Part shown: in pieces, positions 37,592-47,821 of the stretch
How the letters are laid out: the number at the start of each line of letters is the position of its first letter
How positions within the stretch are numbered: the first letter of the stretch is position 1
DNA from: Poseidonia sp.
Lineage (GTDB): Archaea > Thermoplasmatota > Poseidoniia > Poseidoniales > Poseidoniaceae
Length of the DNA stretch: 64,000 nt
Assembly (NCBI GenBank): GCA_965661285.1
Contig: CBFIDD010000003.1
Coordinates: 256,001 to 320,000 of the forward strand
Direction: 5' to 3'
Program-made: the position numbers and the translations under genes
Notes under the pieces: model-generated
What the model was told of the DNA's origin: nothing
Databases searched by the model: none
Seen by the model: only the letters and a program-made list of their open reading frames with translations

Positions 37592-38883
37592 GCGTTCAAC
37601 TCCATGGTCGAGAGCGCATCATCCATCGCCGCAACAAGGCCGCGAATATGGCTGGCCTCGTGGGCCGTAGAGATGAAACCAATCTCGTAGGCAGAAGGGG
37701 CCAGCATGTAGCCTCGGTCGAGTAAGGCACGGTGCACATCAGCGTAGAGGCCTGCGGCGTCCTTGGCGATTTGGTCGGCTCTGACGGCGGGTTGGCCGTC
37801 GCCGGGTGAAAGCCAGAACAAGCTTTCACGACGAACGATTCGCATTGGATTGCCGTGTTTTTCGAGCACAGCACCCAATTCTTCCTCAAGCATGGCGCCG
37901 AGGGATTCCATGTAGTCGTACGCCGCTTCGTCCAGTAGGTCAAGGGTGGTAGAACCGGCAGCCATGGCCAAGGGATTGCCAGACAGGGTGCCCGCCTGAT
38001 AGACGGGCCCGAGGGGCGAGAGTTGCTCCATGATTTCATGACGAGCCCCGTACGCGCCCACGGGCAAACCGCCACCGATGACCTTCCCCAACGCCGTGAG
38101 GTCGGGCGTAACCCCGCACAGATCACCGAAACTGCCCTCTTTGAAACGGAAACCGCTGATGACCTCGTCAAACACAAGCAGGGCACCGTGTTCATCGCAC
38201 AGACGACGCAGCCCTTGGAGGAATTCAGGCCGTTGAACCAACAGTCCGTTGTTGGCCGGCAACGGTTCAATGACCACGGCGGCGATGTCGTCCCCGTGTT
38301 CGCTGAACAAGTACTCCACCGCCTCAAGGTCGTCGAGAGGGCAAATCAGCGTCGTCGCTACGGTGTCTTGAGGGATGCCGGGGCTGCTGGCGATGCCAAA
38401 GGTGGCCAACCCGCTTCCTGAAGACACCATCAGAGCGTCAACGTGGCCGTGGTAGCATCCTTCGAACTTCACGAGCATGTCTCGACCCGTGTAGCCCCGA
38501 GCCAGGCGAACGGCGCTCATCACGGCCTCCGTACCGGAGGAAACGAAGCGAACTTTGTCCATGTGCGAGAAGCGCTTCTTGACACGTTTGGCCAGTTCAA
38601 TTTCTCCGAGGTGAGGGGCACCGAACGATGTACCGTTCTGCATTTTTTCATGAACAGCACCGATGATCACTGGGTGGGAATGGCCGTGAATCAGTGGACC
38701 CCATGATTGGACAAAATCAACCAATACGTTCCCGTCCACATCCGTGACATGGGCGCCCGAGGCTCTTTCGAAGTAAATTGGATTGCCGTGGACCGATTTG
38801 AACGCTCGGACGGGAGAATTCACCCCGCCGACCAAATGCGACAACGCCTCGTGATGAAGAGCATCGGATTTGCTGCGATTCAT
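37588..38883 (-). CDS. hemL: Glutamate-1-semialdehyde 2,1-aminomutase
   Basis: GGVNSPVRAF, SSGTEA, EGCYHGH, FDEV, GKVIGGG, YQAGTLSGNP. Confidence 0.96.
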   Translation of the reverse strand: MNRSKSDALHHEALSHLVGGVNSPVRAFKSVHGNPIYFERASGAHVTDVDGNVLVDFVQSWGPLIHGHSHPVIIGAVHEKMQNGTSFGAPHLGEIELAKRVKKRFSHMDKVRFVSSGTEAVMSAVRLARGYTGRDMLVKFEGCYHGHVDALMVSSGSGLATFGIASSPGIPQDTVATTLICPLDDLEAVEYLFSEHGDDIAAVVIEPLPANNGLLVQRPEFLQGLRRLCDEHGALLVFDEVISGFRFKEGSFGDLCGVTPDLTALGKVIGGGLPVGAYGARHEIMEQLSPLGPVYQAGTLSGNPLAMAAGSTTLDLLDEAAYDYMESLGAMLEEELGAVLEKHGNPMRIVRRESLFWLSPGDGQPAVRADQIAKDAAGLYADVHRALLDRGYMLAPSAYEIGFISTAHEASHIRGLVAAMDDALSTMELNA

Positions 38884-38892
38884 ACGTTCACC

Positions 38893-39867
38893 TCACTTGA
38901 CCCAACGCTTCCTTGCTGCTTCACGTGCGTGGTAGGACACCACGACGTCGGCCCCCGCTCTTTTGAACGCTGTCAAGACCTCAACCACCATCCGCTGTCG
39001 GCTGGCTTCGTCATTGGTGGCGTTCATGACCATGGCATATTCGCCACTGACGTTGTAGACCGCCACGGGACGAACAACATTGTCGGCGACCTTTCGAAGC
39101 ACGTCGAGGTAAGGAAGACCGGGTTTGACCATGAGGATGTCCGCCCCTTCCGTCTCGTCGAGGTTGGCTTCCAAGACGGCCTCCTCGTATCCTGAGCGGA
39201 TGTCCATCTGATGGGTCGCCCGGTCGCCGAACTCTGGGCTGGATTGGGCCGCATGACGAAACGGACCGTAGAACGAGGAGGCGTACTTGACAGAGTACGA
39301 CAAGATACCCGTGTTGGTCAATCCCGCTGCTTCAAACGCTGTACGAATCGCCGATACGCGCCCGTCCATCATGTCCGAGGCACAAACGTAGTCTGCGCCT
39401 GCTTCGGCGTGAGACCGGGCGATGCTGACCAGCACATCCACCGAAGCATCGTTGACGATGTCGCCTTCGTGCACCAACCCGCAGTGTCCGTGGTCCGTGG
39501 CCGTGCAAAGGCACACATCGGTCATGACGACGAGGTCGTCGCCGTGCACCGCTTTGAGTTCCAATACTGCACGATGCAGGTGCGACGAGGGGTCGCGGGC
39601 ATGGCTGGCATGGGCGTCCTTTTGTTCACTGTCCACCACGCCAAACAACATCACGGCGCGCAGCCCGTGAGCAAGGTCTTCCTCCACGGTTTTGAGAAGC
39701 ACATCAACCGACTGCTGGTGAATACCCGCCATGCCCTCAATGGGCTGGTCGACCTTTTCGCCAGCCACAACAAAGTGGGGTTGAACCAGAGAGGAAAGCA
39801 TGGAGTCACCAAAGAGCAAATCGCGACGGGCCTCCGTCCAGCGATTGATTCGAGGTCTGATGTTCAT
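38893..39867 (-). CDS. hemB: Porphobilinogen synthase (Zn-type)
   Basis: DVCLC....HGHCG, SDMMDGR, SSFYGPFR, MVKPG. Confidence 0.95.
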   Translation of the reverse strand: MNIRPRINRWTEARRDLLFGDSMLSSLVQPHFVVAGEKVDQPIEGMAGIHQQSVDVLLKTVEEDLAHGLRAVMLFGVVDSEQKDAHASHARDPSSHLHRAVLELKAVHGDDLVVMTDVCLCTATDHGHCGLVHEGDIVNDASVDVLVSIARSHAEAGADYVCASDMMDGRVSAIRTAFEAAGLTNTGILSYSVKYASSFYGPFRHAAQSSPEFGDRATHQMDIRSGYEEAVLEANLDETEGADILMVKPGLPYLDVLRKVADNVVRPVAVYNVSGEYAMVMNATNDEASRQRMVVEVLTAFKRAGADVVVSYHAREAARKRWVK

Positions 39868-39868
39868 C

Positions 39869-41557
39869 TCAATCCGTCCTGTGCTCTTGCCACCATTCCA
39901 CCAGCGAATCCGACGTTGGTCCGTTCAACACCGAAACACGCGCTTCGCTGAAGTGGTCCAGAGAGAGGATGGTTGTTCGTGCATTTTCTCCCATACAAAG
40001 AATTTCGTGAGGCACCTTGAGGCCGTTTTCTGCCCACGAGCGGGCCGAGGAAGCAGAGGACAAGACCAGCACGTCAAGCGGTTGGATGTCAACGGTTGCC
40101 ATGACCTTCGGTTTGTTCTCATACCCGACCCAAGCATTCACGTGAAAGCCGGCTTCTCGCAGAGTCTGTTCGAGTTCAGGGGCCGCAAGGTCGGACCGGG
40201 GCAAGAACAGGGCGGTGCTGGAGCTGAAGTGCTTCACAATGTAGGCACCGAGTTCGCGAGCATTTCGTGCCCGGGCGCACACGGCGACCGTCACCCCAAG
40301 ACGGAAACAAGCGCGGGCCGTCCCTTCACCGATGGCAAGCCAAGGGATTCGACCAATGTCCGGGTGTGCTTCTGCAGCCGCTACGGCACACTTCGCAGCG
40401 AAGGGTGAGGTGAGCACCAAATACGGCCAGTCCCGTTTGCTCGGGAAGGCCTGAAGGAAATCCGAAGGCCACCGGTCAAGGAAGGGAACAAGGTCGACCA
40501 CGGGGACGTTCTCCATGGGAACGTCATGGCTGGCGAGGACACGTGAAATCCGATCAGAATTCAACGTTGAAACATAGCGTGGGCCGTCGTGTTGCATGCT
40601 GATTTCATCAAGCGGTTGAACCGGGAGTTCGATGTCCAGGTCATCCATCGGACCAGCGAAGCGGAACACATCGTAGACCGAGCCCTGGCAAAAGATTGCC
40701 CGCCAATTTTCCGGTGCCACCTGGAGGTGAACCTCCGTGCCATCAACGCCGATACCGGCAGGGAAAAGGCAGCCGCCGCCCACCTCTTTCAGCAGGCGTC
40801 GCTCAGCCGAGACGTCGTGTTCGGTTTGTTCGTGATTCAAGATGGCTCGAATTGGTTCGAGTTCCGCCAAGCGTGCCTTGGTGCAGTGAACAGCAATGGC
40901 CCCCTGACCGGGTGCCGTAGGCCAGTCCGACGGGTCGATGCGAAAAGCAGAGAGCCCCTCCTTGACGGCGTCCAAAGCACCGATCCTGTTCAAGCGGGCA
41001 AGACCGGCCTCTGCAAGGACCACGGCGTCAACGCGACCCTCCACCAAACGAGCAAGACGTGTTTCAACATGGCCCCTGACCGCCAACGGAATGATGTCAG
41101 GACGTTGACTGAGCAAGAAAGATTGGCGCCGACCAGAGACCGTGCCAAAGGTGGCGCCGGTAGGAAAGTGATCAAGAATCTGGACCAGAGGCGTAGAGGA
41201 ACGGTCGTTGAGGACATCGTCGAGGGACGGAGCGCCTTCCGTATTCCTCACGATGATGAGGTCGGTCGTGCTACCTCGTTCGAGGTAAGCAAGGTGGTCA
41301 ATGCGGTCGTCGACGTCCACCGGGACGTCTTTGCTTGAGTGCACGGCGATGTCCACCTCGCCGGAGAGCAAACGGTCGTCAATGGCGTGGACGAATTGCC
41401 CCACGGAAGCGGAGAGTTGCCCGCCCAAACTTCGGTCGCCGGTTGAAGACAGTGGCACCAATTCTGCTTCCATGCCATGACGTGCCAGTGCTTCGAGCAC
41501 AGCGGTGGCTTGCCACATGGCAAGGTTGGAGGCGCGTGTTCCGATGCGTACGGTCAT
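39869..41557 (-). CDS. hemC: Hydroxymethylbilane synthase fused to uroporphyrinogen-III synthase (HemC-HemD)
   Basis: IGTRASNLAMWQ, DIAVHSSKD, RGHVETRL, PGQGAI, GGGC; C-terminal LTSP, AIGEGTA, LPRSD, YEN and S.SS HemD-like motifs. Confidence 0.88.
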   Translation of the reverse strand: MTVRIGTRASNLAMWQATAVLEALARHGMEAELVPLSSTGDRSLGGQLSASVGQFVHAIDDRLLSGEVDIAVHSSKDVPVDVDDRIDHLAYLERGSTTDLIIVRNTEGAPSLDDVLNDRSSTPLVQILDHFPTGATFGTVSGRRQSFLLSQRPDIIPLAVRGHVETRLARLVEGRVDAVVLAEAGLARLNRIGALDAVKEGLSAFRIDPSDWPTAPGQGAIAVHCTKARLAELEPIRAILNHEQTEHDVSAERRLLKEVGGGCLFPAGIGVDGTEVHLQVAPENWRAIFCQGSVYDVFRFAGPMDDLDIELPVQPLDEISMQHDGPRYVSTLNSDRISRVLASHDVPMENVPVVDLVPFLDRWPSDFLQAFPSKRDWPYLVLTSPFAAKCAVAAAEAHPDIGRIPWLAIGEGTARACFRLGVTVAVCARARNARELGAYIVKHFSSSTALFLPRSDLAAPELEQTLREAGFHVNAWVGYENKPKVMATVDIQPLDVLVLSSASSARSWAENGLKVPHEILCMGENARTTILSLDHFSEARVSVLNGPTSDSLVEWWQEHRTD

Positions 41558-42951
41558 CAAGCCCCCCCAATCACTGAATTCGGCTTGCTCATGGCCAGAA
41601 CGGATTGTTTGACCTCATGGTCCACATGGGCAAGGATGGCTGAACTCAGCGTTCGGTCGGTGTTCACCACAAAGTTGGACAGCGTTGACAAGTGAAACGG
41701 AGAAGATTGGTGGCAAATCCAGGTGGCAATTTCTCGAGAAAAAGCACCGAGTTGAGGAATGTCGTCGGCTGTGGCGTGGTGGGAGGTTTCCCAGATTTTC
41801 GCTAACCCTTCCATGGTTTGATAGACGTGAGCACGGAATTTTCCTTGCGCTTTGTTCTCTAAGGCTTCGCTGTAGCGTTCTTGGATGGTGTCAATCATGG
41901 CTTCGCTTTTGTCGATGGTCGAGTCGTAATCCCATTCTTTCCCAAGGTTTCGAGAGACCTTGATCCAGTGGTTCATGCCCAGCAGTGTTTGATGGTCGCC
42001 CACACCTGCATCGTCCAAGGAAGGCGGCCATGAGAAATCCATGATGGTGGTGGGGCCGGCCACGGGGAGTGGGTGATGTTGCTTGTAGGTGGCCGTAGCG
42101 TTTCGAATGGTGGAGATGACCAAATCAGGTTGTTGTTCTCCTTCATCCCAGACCTCGTAGGAGATCATCGTGCATTGTTCAGCCAGACGAGGGTCGCGTT
42201 CAGCCGAGACGGCCGGGTCCCTCGACACCACCGTGATGTTGGTTTGGTTTGCATCGAGCAAGGCTTCAACCGCTTTCATGCCCATGTCGCCAAAGCCCAA
42301 CACCGCTGCCTTCATCGGGCCGTGTTCGCTCAACAATCCATCCAAGGCTGTGGTGGCCAAGGACAGCATCGATTCGGTGGTGCTGGTGAACCCGAGTTGC
42401 TTTCGGATGGAACGATTTGCTGCAACGACGTGCTCGAAGAACCCCGAGTTGTAATGGCTGATCAGGCCACGGTCTTTGTGGAAGTTAATCGACTTGCGGA
42501 ACTGTGACATGACCTGCAATTCGCCGATCATGAACGAGTCCAAGCCACTGCAAATCTTCACGAGTTGACGCCAAGCTGCCGTCCCCTCAAACACCTCGAA
42601 CGGTAGGGAATCGAGTTGATTGACGTCAGCGAGGGCCGTACAGAGAACATCCGGCCCTACCCCAAAGCCAACATAGAGCACGCGATTGCAGGTCGAGAAT
42701 TCGAAGATTTCTGCGCCAGCGGCCTCACGGATGCTGTGAATGTAATCCGCTCGTTCATCGTCTGAGATGCCCTCGGTGGTGATGTGTTTGGCCGCATCGA
42801 TCGTCTCGGATGTGAACTTCAGGGCAGCCAGAGAAACGCGCTCGGCGTCCTTGTCGCCCTCACGCTCGACGCGCTTGGCAACCGCCTCGGCAAGCCATGC
42901 CAAATCGACCAGTGCGTCGCTCACCAAAGCCCCCCCGGAGACAGGGACCAT
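41557..42951 (-). CDS. hemA: Glutamyl-tRNA reductase (divergent; start uncertain)
   Basis: STCNR catalytic Cys, SGLDSFMIGELQV, GFGDMG NADPH motif; first gene of the hem operon. Confidence 0.85.
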   Translation of the reverse strand: MVPVSGGALVSDALVDLAWLAEAVAKRVEREGDKDAERVSLAALKFTSETIDAAKHITTEGISDDERADYIHSIREAAGAEIFEFSTCNRVLYVGFGVGPDVLCTALADVNQLDSLPFEVFEGTAAWRQLVKICSGLDSFMIGELQVMSQFRKSINFHKDRGLISHYNSGFFEHVVAANRSIRKQLGFTSTTESMLSLATTALDGLLSEHGPMKAAVLGFGDMGMKAVEALLDANQTNITVVSRDPAVSAERDPRLAEQCTMISYEVWDEGEQQPDLVISTIRNATATYKQHHPLPVAGPTTIMDFSWPPSLDDAGVGDHQTLLGMNHWIKVSRNLGKEWDYDSTIDKSEAMIDTIQERYSEALENKAQGKFRAHVYQTMEGLAKIWETSHHATADDIPQLGAFSREIATWICHQSSPFHLSTLSNFVVNTDRTLSSAILAHVDHEVKQSVLAMSKPNSVIGGA

Positions 42952-43181
42952 CGTAGTGCTTAGGAACCTTTGCAAGAAGCGACGACCAAAGGGTGTTACG
43001 TTCCTGTTTTGAGATGTACCACTTGCCTCAAATCAGCCCACTTTCCCAAGCCGTTTTCCCCAGTTTTTATCGTCATGATAAGGCGAGCGTTTGATAGGTT
43101 CGTGGGGCCGCCCCGAAACCATCCGAGCCACCCCCAACCGGCGCACGCCAACAGAGGACAGTGGCTCCAGGAGTGAGCCGA

Positions 43182-44192
43182 ATGGCAGGAATGGACCCGC
43201 AGCTGAAAGCCAAACTGCAAAAGCAACGCTACCACATTGTGGGCGAGCACGGTGGCGTGAAAACGTGCCACTGGACCAAAGAATCGTTGTTGCGAGACCG
43301 CCAGTGCTACAAAGGCAAGTTCTACGGCGTCGCCAGCCACAACTGCATGCAAATGTCGCCCGTGGTCGACCAGTGCAATCTGGCGTGCACTTACTGCTGG
43401 CGTGAACCCCACATGGACACGCTGGAGTTGACCGACCAAGACCCGCTCGACCTGCTCTACGAATCTGTTCGCGCCCAGCGCCGTCTGCTCTCGGGCTTCG
43501 GGGGCAACCCCAAGGTGCCACGCGAGAAATGGCTGGACGCTCAGAACCCGAAGCACGTGGCGATCTCACTCAACGGTGAGCCCACGCTTTACACCCGTTT
43601 AGGCGAATACATGGACCTGTGCCACAAGCACGGCATGACCACGATGCTGGTCACCAACGGCACGCTGCCCAAAGTGCTCGAGAAACTCGACACCTTGCCG
43701 ACCCAACTCTATGTTTCGGTGGACGCGCCCAATAAACAGGTGTTCGACGAGGTCTGTCGGCCCAAGTGGAACAGCGGTGCCTGGGACCAGTTCGAGAAAA
43801 CCATCGACCTCTTGCCCTCCCTCGACACCCGCATCGTGTGCCGCCACACGCTGATGAAAGGCGTGAACATGAGCGACAGCCACATCAAAGAATTCGCTGC
43901 GCTCGACAACCGTGCTGACCCCGATTTCATCGAGAACAAGGGCTACGTGTTTGTGGGCCACAGCCGAGAGAACCTCGCCATGGAAAACATGCCCACCCAC
44001 GACGACATCATGGACTTCTCCCGAAAGATTGCGCCCCTAACCAACCGAGAAGTGCTCTCCGATTCCCGACCCAGCCGAGTTGCCCTGGTTGGCACAGAAA
44101 TCACGCCCATTCCGATTCCCGAACCCACGATGTTCTTCCCCGAAGATCTGGGGATTGCGCCGCCGGTCAAGCACCTCCCCGTCATCTCCTGA
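43182..44192 (+). CDS. taw1: 4-demethylwyosine synthase (radical SAM; Taw1/TYW1)
   Basis: VKTCHWT..CYK.KFYG..SHNC, CNLACTYCWR, HVAISLNGEPT, TQLYVS. Confidence 0.93.
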   Translation: MAGMDPQLKAKLQKQRYHIVGEHGGVKTCHWTKESLLRDRQCYKGKFYGVASHNCMQMSPVVDQCNLACTYCWREPHMDTLELTDQDPLDLLYESVRAQRRLLSGFGGNPKVPREKWLDAQNPKHVAISLNGEPTLYTRLGEYMDLCHKHGMTTMLVTNGTLPKVLEKLDTLPTQLYVSVDAPNKQVFDEVCRPKWNSGAWDQFEKTIDLLPSLDTRIVCRHTLMKGVNMSDSHIKEFAALDNRADPDFIENKGYVFVGHSRENLAMENMPTHDDIMDFSRKIAPLTNREVLSDSRPSRVALVGTEITPIPIPEPTMFFPEDLGIAPPVKHLPVIS

Positions 44193-44234
44193 ACGGTGGG
44201 TTGCGTGGCCGAGCAGCGGGTACCCTACCGTTCA
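44190..44234. terminator. Inverted repeat / hairpin after taw1
   Basis: TGAACGGT-GGGT ... ACCCTACCGTTCA arms with one bulge, between convergent genes. Confidence 0.35.
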
Positions 44235-44333
44235 TTTCTCATGGAAGGGTATTGGATGGCCAAGGTTGCGAAAATAACCGATCGGCGAGGCTCTCTCCAT
44301 TGAGAGGCGTTGAGGGCCTGCTTGTTCTCTGAA

Positions 44334-44684
44334 TCAATCGTTAAAAAGGTTGGATGTCAAATCGACACTTTCCGTTTGTTGGCTCAGCTTAACAGGTGTT
44401 GATTGGTTGAATGTCTTGGTCAATTCCTTGGCTTGTTTTGCCTTGGCGTAGTCCCTTTCTTCATAGGATGCAAACTCAAGCATACCCATGTCTGCACCAC
44501 CCATGTATCGCCCCCATGAACTGTGAACCATGAGCCACCCACATCCTGGGCAAGAACCGTTGACAGGCGCCTTGTTGCAGTCCCAACACACGGGAGGTTT
44601 TCGGAAAAAATTTCGACCGAAGCGGAGCCGAAAATACACCATAGCAACCGGGAATGTGAAAAATTTCCAAAGGATGGAGAGCAT
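44334..44684 (-). CDS. Small hypothetical protein with CxxC...CxxC (Zn-ribbon-like)
   Basis: CWDC...CPGC after an N-terminal hydrophobic segment. Confidence 0.55.
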   Translation of the reverse strand: MLSILWKFFTFPVAMVYFRLRFGRNFFRKPPVCWDCNKAPVNGSCPGCGWLMVHSSWGRYMGGADMGMLEFASYEERDYAKAKQAKELTKTFNQSTPVKLSQQTESVDLTSNLFND

Positions 44685-44926
44685 AACACCATGCCGTCAT
44701 CTTGAGGATTAAAATCTACTTCAGTTTTTATGCTGATTTAGTCGAAGTATGGCCCTCATTGCATTCACCAACCAATCTATTCGGACCGGCTGGATGAGGT
44801 TTTCCGATGACCCATTCAACGCTCAATCTCTGTTGGAAGTGTTGTAATGGGCCTGTTTTTTTGCTAACCATTGGATGACAAGCACCGCCTTCAATGGTTT
44901 CAAAAGCAGGGGCCAGAGGTTGAGAC

Positions 44927-45247
44927 ATGCTCAACTGGCTGAAGACGCTGTTCTCCTCCGGCCCCAACATCGCCGACCTGCTTGCCGAGGATGCCATCGT
45001 CCTCGATGTCCGCAGCCAGGCCGAATACCAGAGCGGGCACGTGAAGGATTCCATGCACGTACCTTTGCCGCAACTGAGCAAGAAAATCAACGCTATCAAG
45101 AAGCGGAAAAAGACCATCGTCACGGTTTGTGCAAGTGGTATGCGCAGCGGCAAGGCTGCGAAGATCCTACGTTCGCACGGCGTCGAAGCGCACAACGGTG
45201 GCCCTTGGCAATCGGTTGAACGACTTCGTTCCAATCAGTCGCCATGA
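44927..45247 (+). CDS. Rhodanese-like sulfurtransferase
   Basis: LDVRSQAEYQSGH, CASGMRS active-site loop. Confidence 0.9.
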   Translation: MLNWLKTLFSSGPNIADLLAEDAIVLDVRSQAEYQSGHVKDSMHVPLPQLSKKINAIKKRKKTIVTVCASGMRSGKAAKILRSHGVEAHNGGPWQSVERLRSNQSP

Positions 45248-45268
45248 CAGACAGGGTATCCGAACAAA

Positions 45269-46966
45269 TCAGTTTGCCAGAACGGCCCGGACGATGGCGA
45301 GCATTTTCTCGTTCTCTTCGGGCGAACGCACAGCAAATCGCACAGCGTTGTTCGGAAGCATGACACCCATGTTCTGAGCGTCTCGGACAAAGAGCCCTTG
45401 GGTTCTGCAGGTTTCGATGAACCGATTAGAAGAATAGCCCGAAGCCGAGGGAAGATAGGTCAGAAGGTAGTTGGCCACACCTGAAAACACGCGGAAGCCG
45501 AGCCCTTCGAGGGCCTGGTGCATACGTTCACGCTGCTGGTGGATGATGTCGTACTGGGCTGTGTAGTACGCCGTGTTACGCAACGCTGCCACCGCTGCCA
45601 ATTGCCCAGGTAGGCTCACGGCCCACGGAGGGATGTACCGCCGGAGCGTTGGCATGTTCTGGCTGACAGCATAGGCAACCCGCAATCCAGAGAGCGCGTA
45701 GCACTTGCTCATGCTCTTGCAGACCACCAGTTCTGGCAGCGAAGCGCAAAGAGGTTCCAGTGAAACGGCGTCGGGGAGGTAGTTGATGTACGTCTCATCA
45801 ACCCAGATCATCTTGCACTTGGAAGCAGGGTTTCTTGAGTGTGCAATCCTGCTCACGATGTCATCCATGGTTTCGCAGTACACGCCGGTGGGGCTGTTGG
45901 GATTGACGAAAATCACGGCGTCGTGTTCGCAGGCCTGCATGATCAAGTCCTCTGAGTTGATGGCAAACCCGTTGGCGTCCTCGAGCACAAAATAGGTGAT
46001 GTGGCAACCGATGACGTGCTGAAGAATGTGGCTGTATTCGCCGTACATCGGCGACAAAAGCAACACGCGAGACTGTTCGTTCAACAGTTGAGGCAGCAAG
46101 GAGAACATCAGCGAGGACGAACCCGAGGAGACCGCCACGTTACGAGACGGCACGCCACGAACTTCCGCGATGGTTTCGATGAGGTCCTCGCACTGCGTGG
46201 GTGGCGATTCCTGACAACACCGCTCGAGCTGATCACGAATGACATCAAGCGCCTCAGGACAGGGCGGAAATGGACTGTCCAACACGTCGGCCACGATGAG
46301 CGAATCTCGAACGTCGAAGTCAAACCTCGAAGCCTCCCAGGATTGCCCGCCGTGATAGCACGCATCATCGCCTGATTCATCTTCGCGGTCGGCCTCAATT
46401 TTCTTGGCATGCGATTTCAGCACAGCGCTCACGCTCATGTGCATGGGGAAGTACACCGTTTGACCGTGCTGAACACCTGTCTCATGGAACACCTTCAGGC
46501 CGTTGCTCTCGTAGAGTTTGACCACTTCGGTGTGCCCCATGGCCACCATATCGGTCCCGCCTCGTTCAACCACGAATTCCAGGGCGTGGCGCATCAATCG
46601 GAACGCCAGGTTTTGGCCGCGGTAAGCCGGAGCAACCGTGAGTCCCCTGACCTCAAAAGCGGTGTTCTTGGGGTCGGTGCAAGCGGCAAACACCGTTCGC
46701 TCAAGCACGTCGCTGGAGAAGTAGGTCGTCAATCGGAACGGCTGGCTTTCGGGTGGATTGAGGCTGATGTAGCCGACCAGTTCGTCACCCTCAACGCATG
46801 CAATGAAATGACGACCGGGGTCTTCGAGGACGCCATCGGTGTTCGAGTCGTATTGATGCAGTTCATCAGCGTAGACATCATGACGAATCGTTGAGATTTG
46901 ATGCCAGATTCGGTGAATGTGCTCATCCTCGGGTAGGGGGAAATCAAAGCGGACGAATTCAGCCAT
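45269..46966 (-). CDS. GNAT N-acyltransferase fused to a class I/II PLP aminotransferase (HisC/CobD-like)
   Basis: N-terminal IRHDVYADEL and VAPAYRGQNLA; C-terminal NPNSPTG, WVDETY, KSMSKCYALSGLR. Confidence 0.85.
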   Translation of the reverse strand: MAEFVRFDFPLPEDEHIHRIWHQISTIRHDVYADELHQYDSNTDGVLEDPGRHFIACVEGDELVGYISLNPPESQPFRLTTYFSSDVLERTVFAACTDPKNTAFEVRGLTVAPAYRGQNLAFRLMRHALEFVVERGGTDMVAMGHTEVVKLYESNGLKVFHETGVQHGQTVYFPMHMSVSAVLKSHAKKIEADREDESGDDACYHGGQSWEASRFDFDVRDSLIVADVLDSPFPPCPEALDVIRDQLERCCQESPPTQCEDLIETIAEVRGVPSRNVAVSSGSSSLMFSLLPQLLNEQSRVLLLSPMYGEYSHILQHVIGCHITYFVLEDANGFAINSEDLIMQACEHDAVIFVNPNSPTGVYCETMDDIVSRIAHSRNPASKCKMIWVDETYINYLPDAVSLEPLCASLPELVVCKSMSKCYALSGLRVAYAVSQNMPTLRRYIPPWAVSLPGQLAAVAALRNTAYYTAQYDIIHQQRERMHQALEGLGFRVFSGVANYLLTYLPSASGYSSNRFIETCRTQGLFVRDAQNMGVMLPNNAVRFAVRSPEENEKMLAIVRAVLAN

Positions 46967-47106
46967 AACCACACCAAGGCTTTGTTGAACTTGAAGGATT
47001 TCCCGTTCATGAAGTGCAACTTTGATGGCTTATCGCAAGGCAGTCCGGGAAAAAACACAAGAAGGGCGTGAAGTGAAACCCAGTTTGAAACTGGTTGGAT
47101 TTGTTC

Positions 47107-47821
47107 ATGGACGAGAAATTTTGGGAAGACGGTGTCAAGGTCATTGACCACGAGGAATCCATCCATTCCTCACCCTCTTCACGCCTCTCCGCCAAGCTGA
47201 TTCTCGCCCCGCTGTTCTTCTTCACCGCCTTTGGTGTCCCAGTCTTATGGTTGACGTCCGGCGATGCAAAGATGATTGTTGCAGGAATTTTGTTTGGTGG
47301 TTTACCCTTTGCAATGGTCCTCCTCACCATTTACGGAGTTTACATCACTGCACACACGGACTATGCCCTTCGCATCAACTCGGTGAGCGGCACCATTGAA
47401 GAAATCTACACGAGGAAGGACAAAGTGGAACGCGACGTTTACCCCATCAAGGAAGCCATGCGAATCAGTCTGTCTGATCCAAACAGCAGCGAAGGAGAGT
47501 CCCACATCTCCATCAAAGGCATGAACATACGAGGCGTCAAGTGGTCGGTGGACCTCTCGCATTTTGCCTGGGGAACTCTACAAACAAGGAGAGCGATCGT
47601 CGGACCGGCGGAGAATCGCTTCCATCAAAACGGCCGAACACTTTGCAGAAATGCTGGATGTCGAAATTGGAAGTTGGCTGATTCTGTCAAATGTTTCACG
47701 CCATTTGCGCCTTGAATTTGGTACCGAGTGGATTCACAAATGGTCCGACCGTCAAACCATCACAGAACAAAATCAACGGTTGCTAGATGAGGAACAAAAA
47801 CAGCGTCAAGAAGTCCAATGA
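47107..47821 (+). pseudogene. Two-TM protein apparently split by a single-base frameshift near 47562-47573
   Basis: ORF 47107..47715 loses protein-like composition after DLSH. The overlapping frame 47564..47821 continues plausibly; T4 and G4 runs lie at the junction. Confidence 0.5.

Noticed and set aside
44728-45234. 168-aa minus-strand ORF
   Set aside because: Overlaps the clear rhodanese gene on the opposite strand and has no protein-like features.
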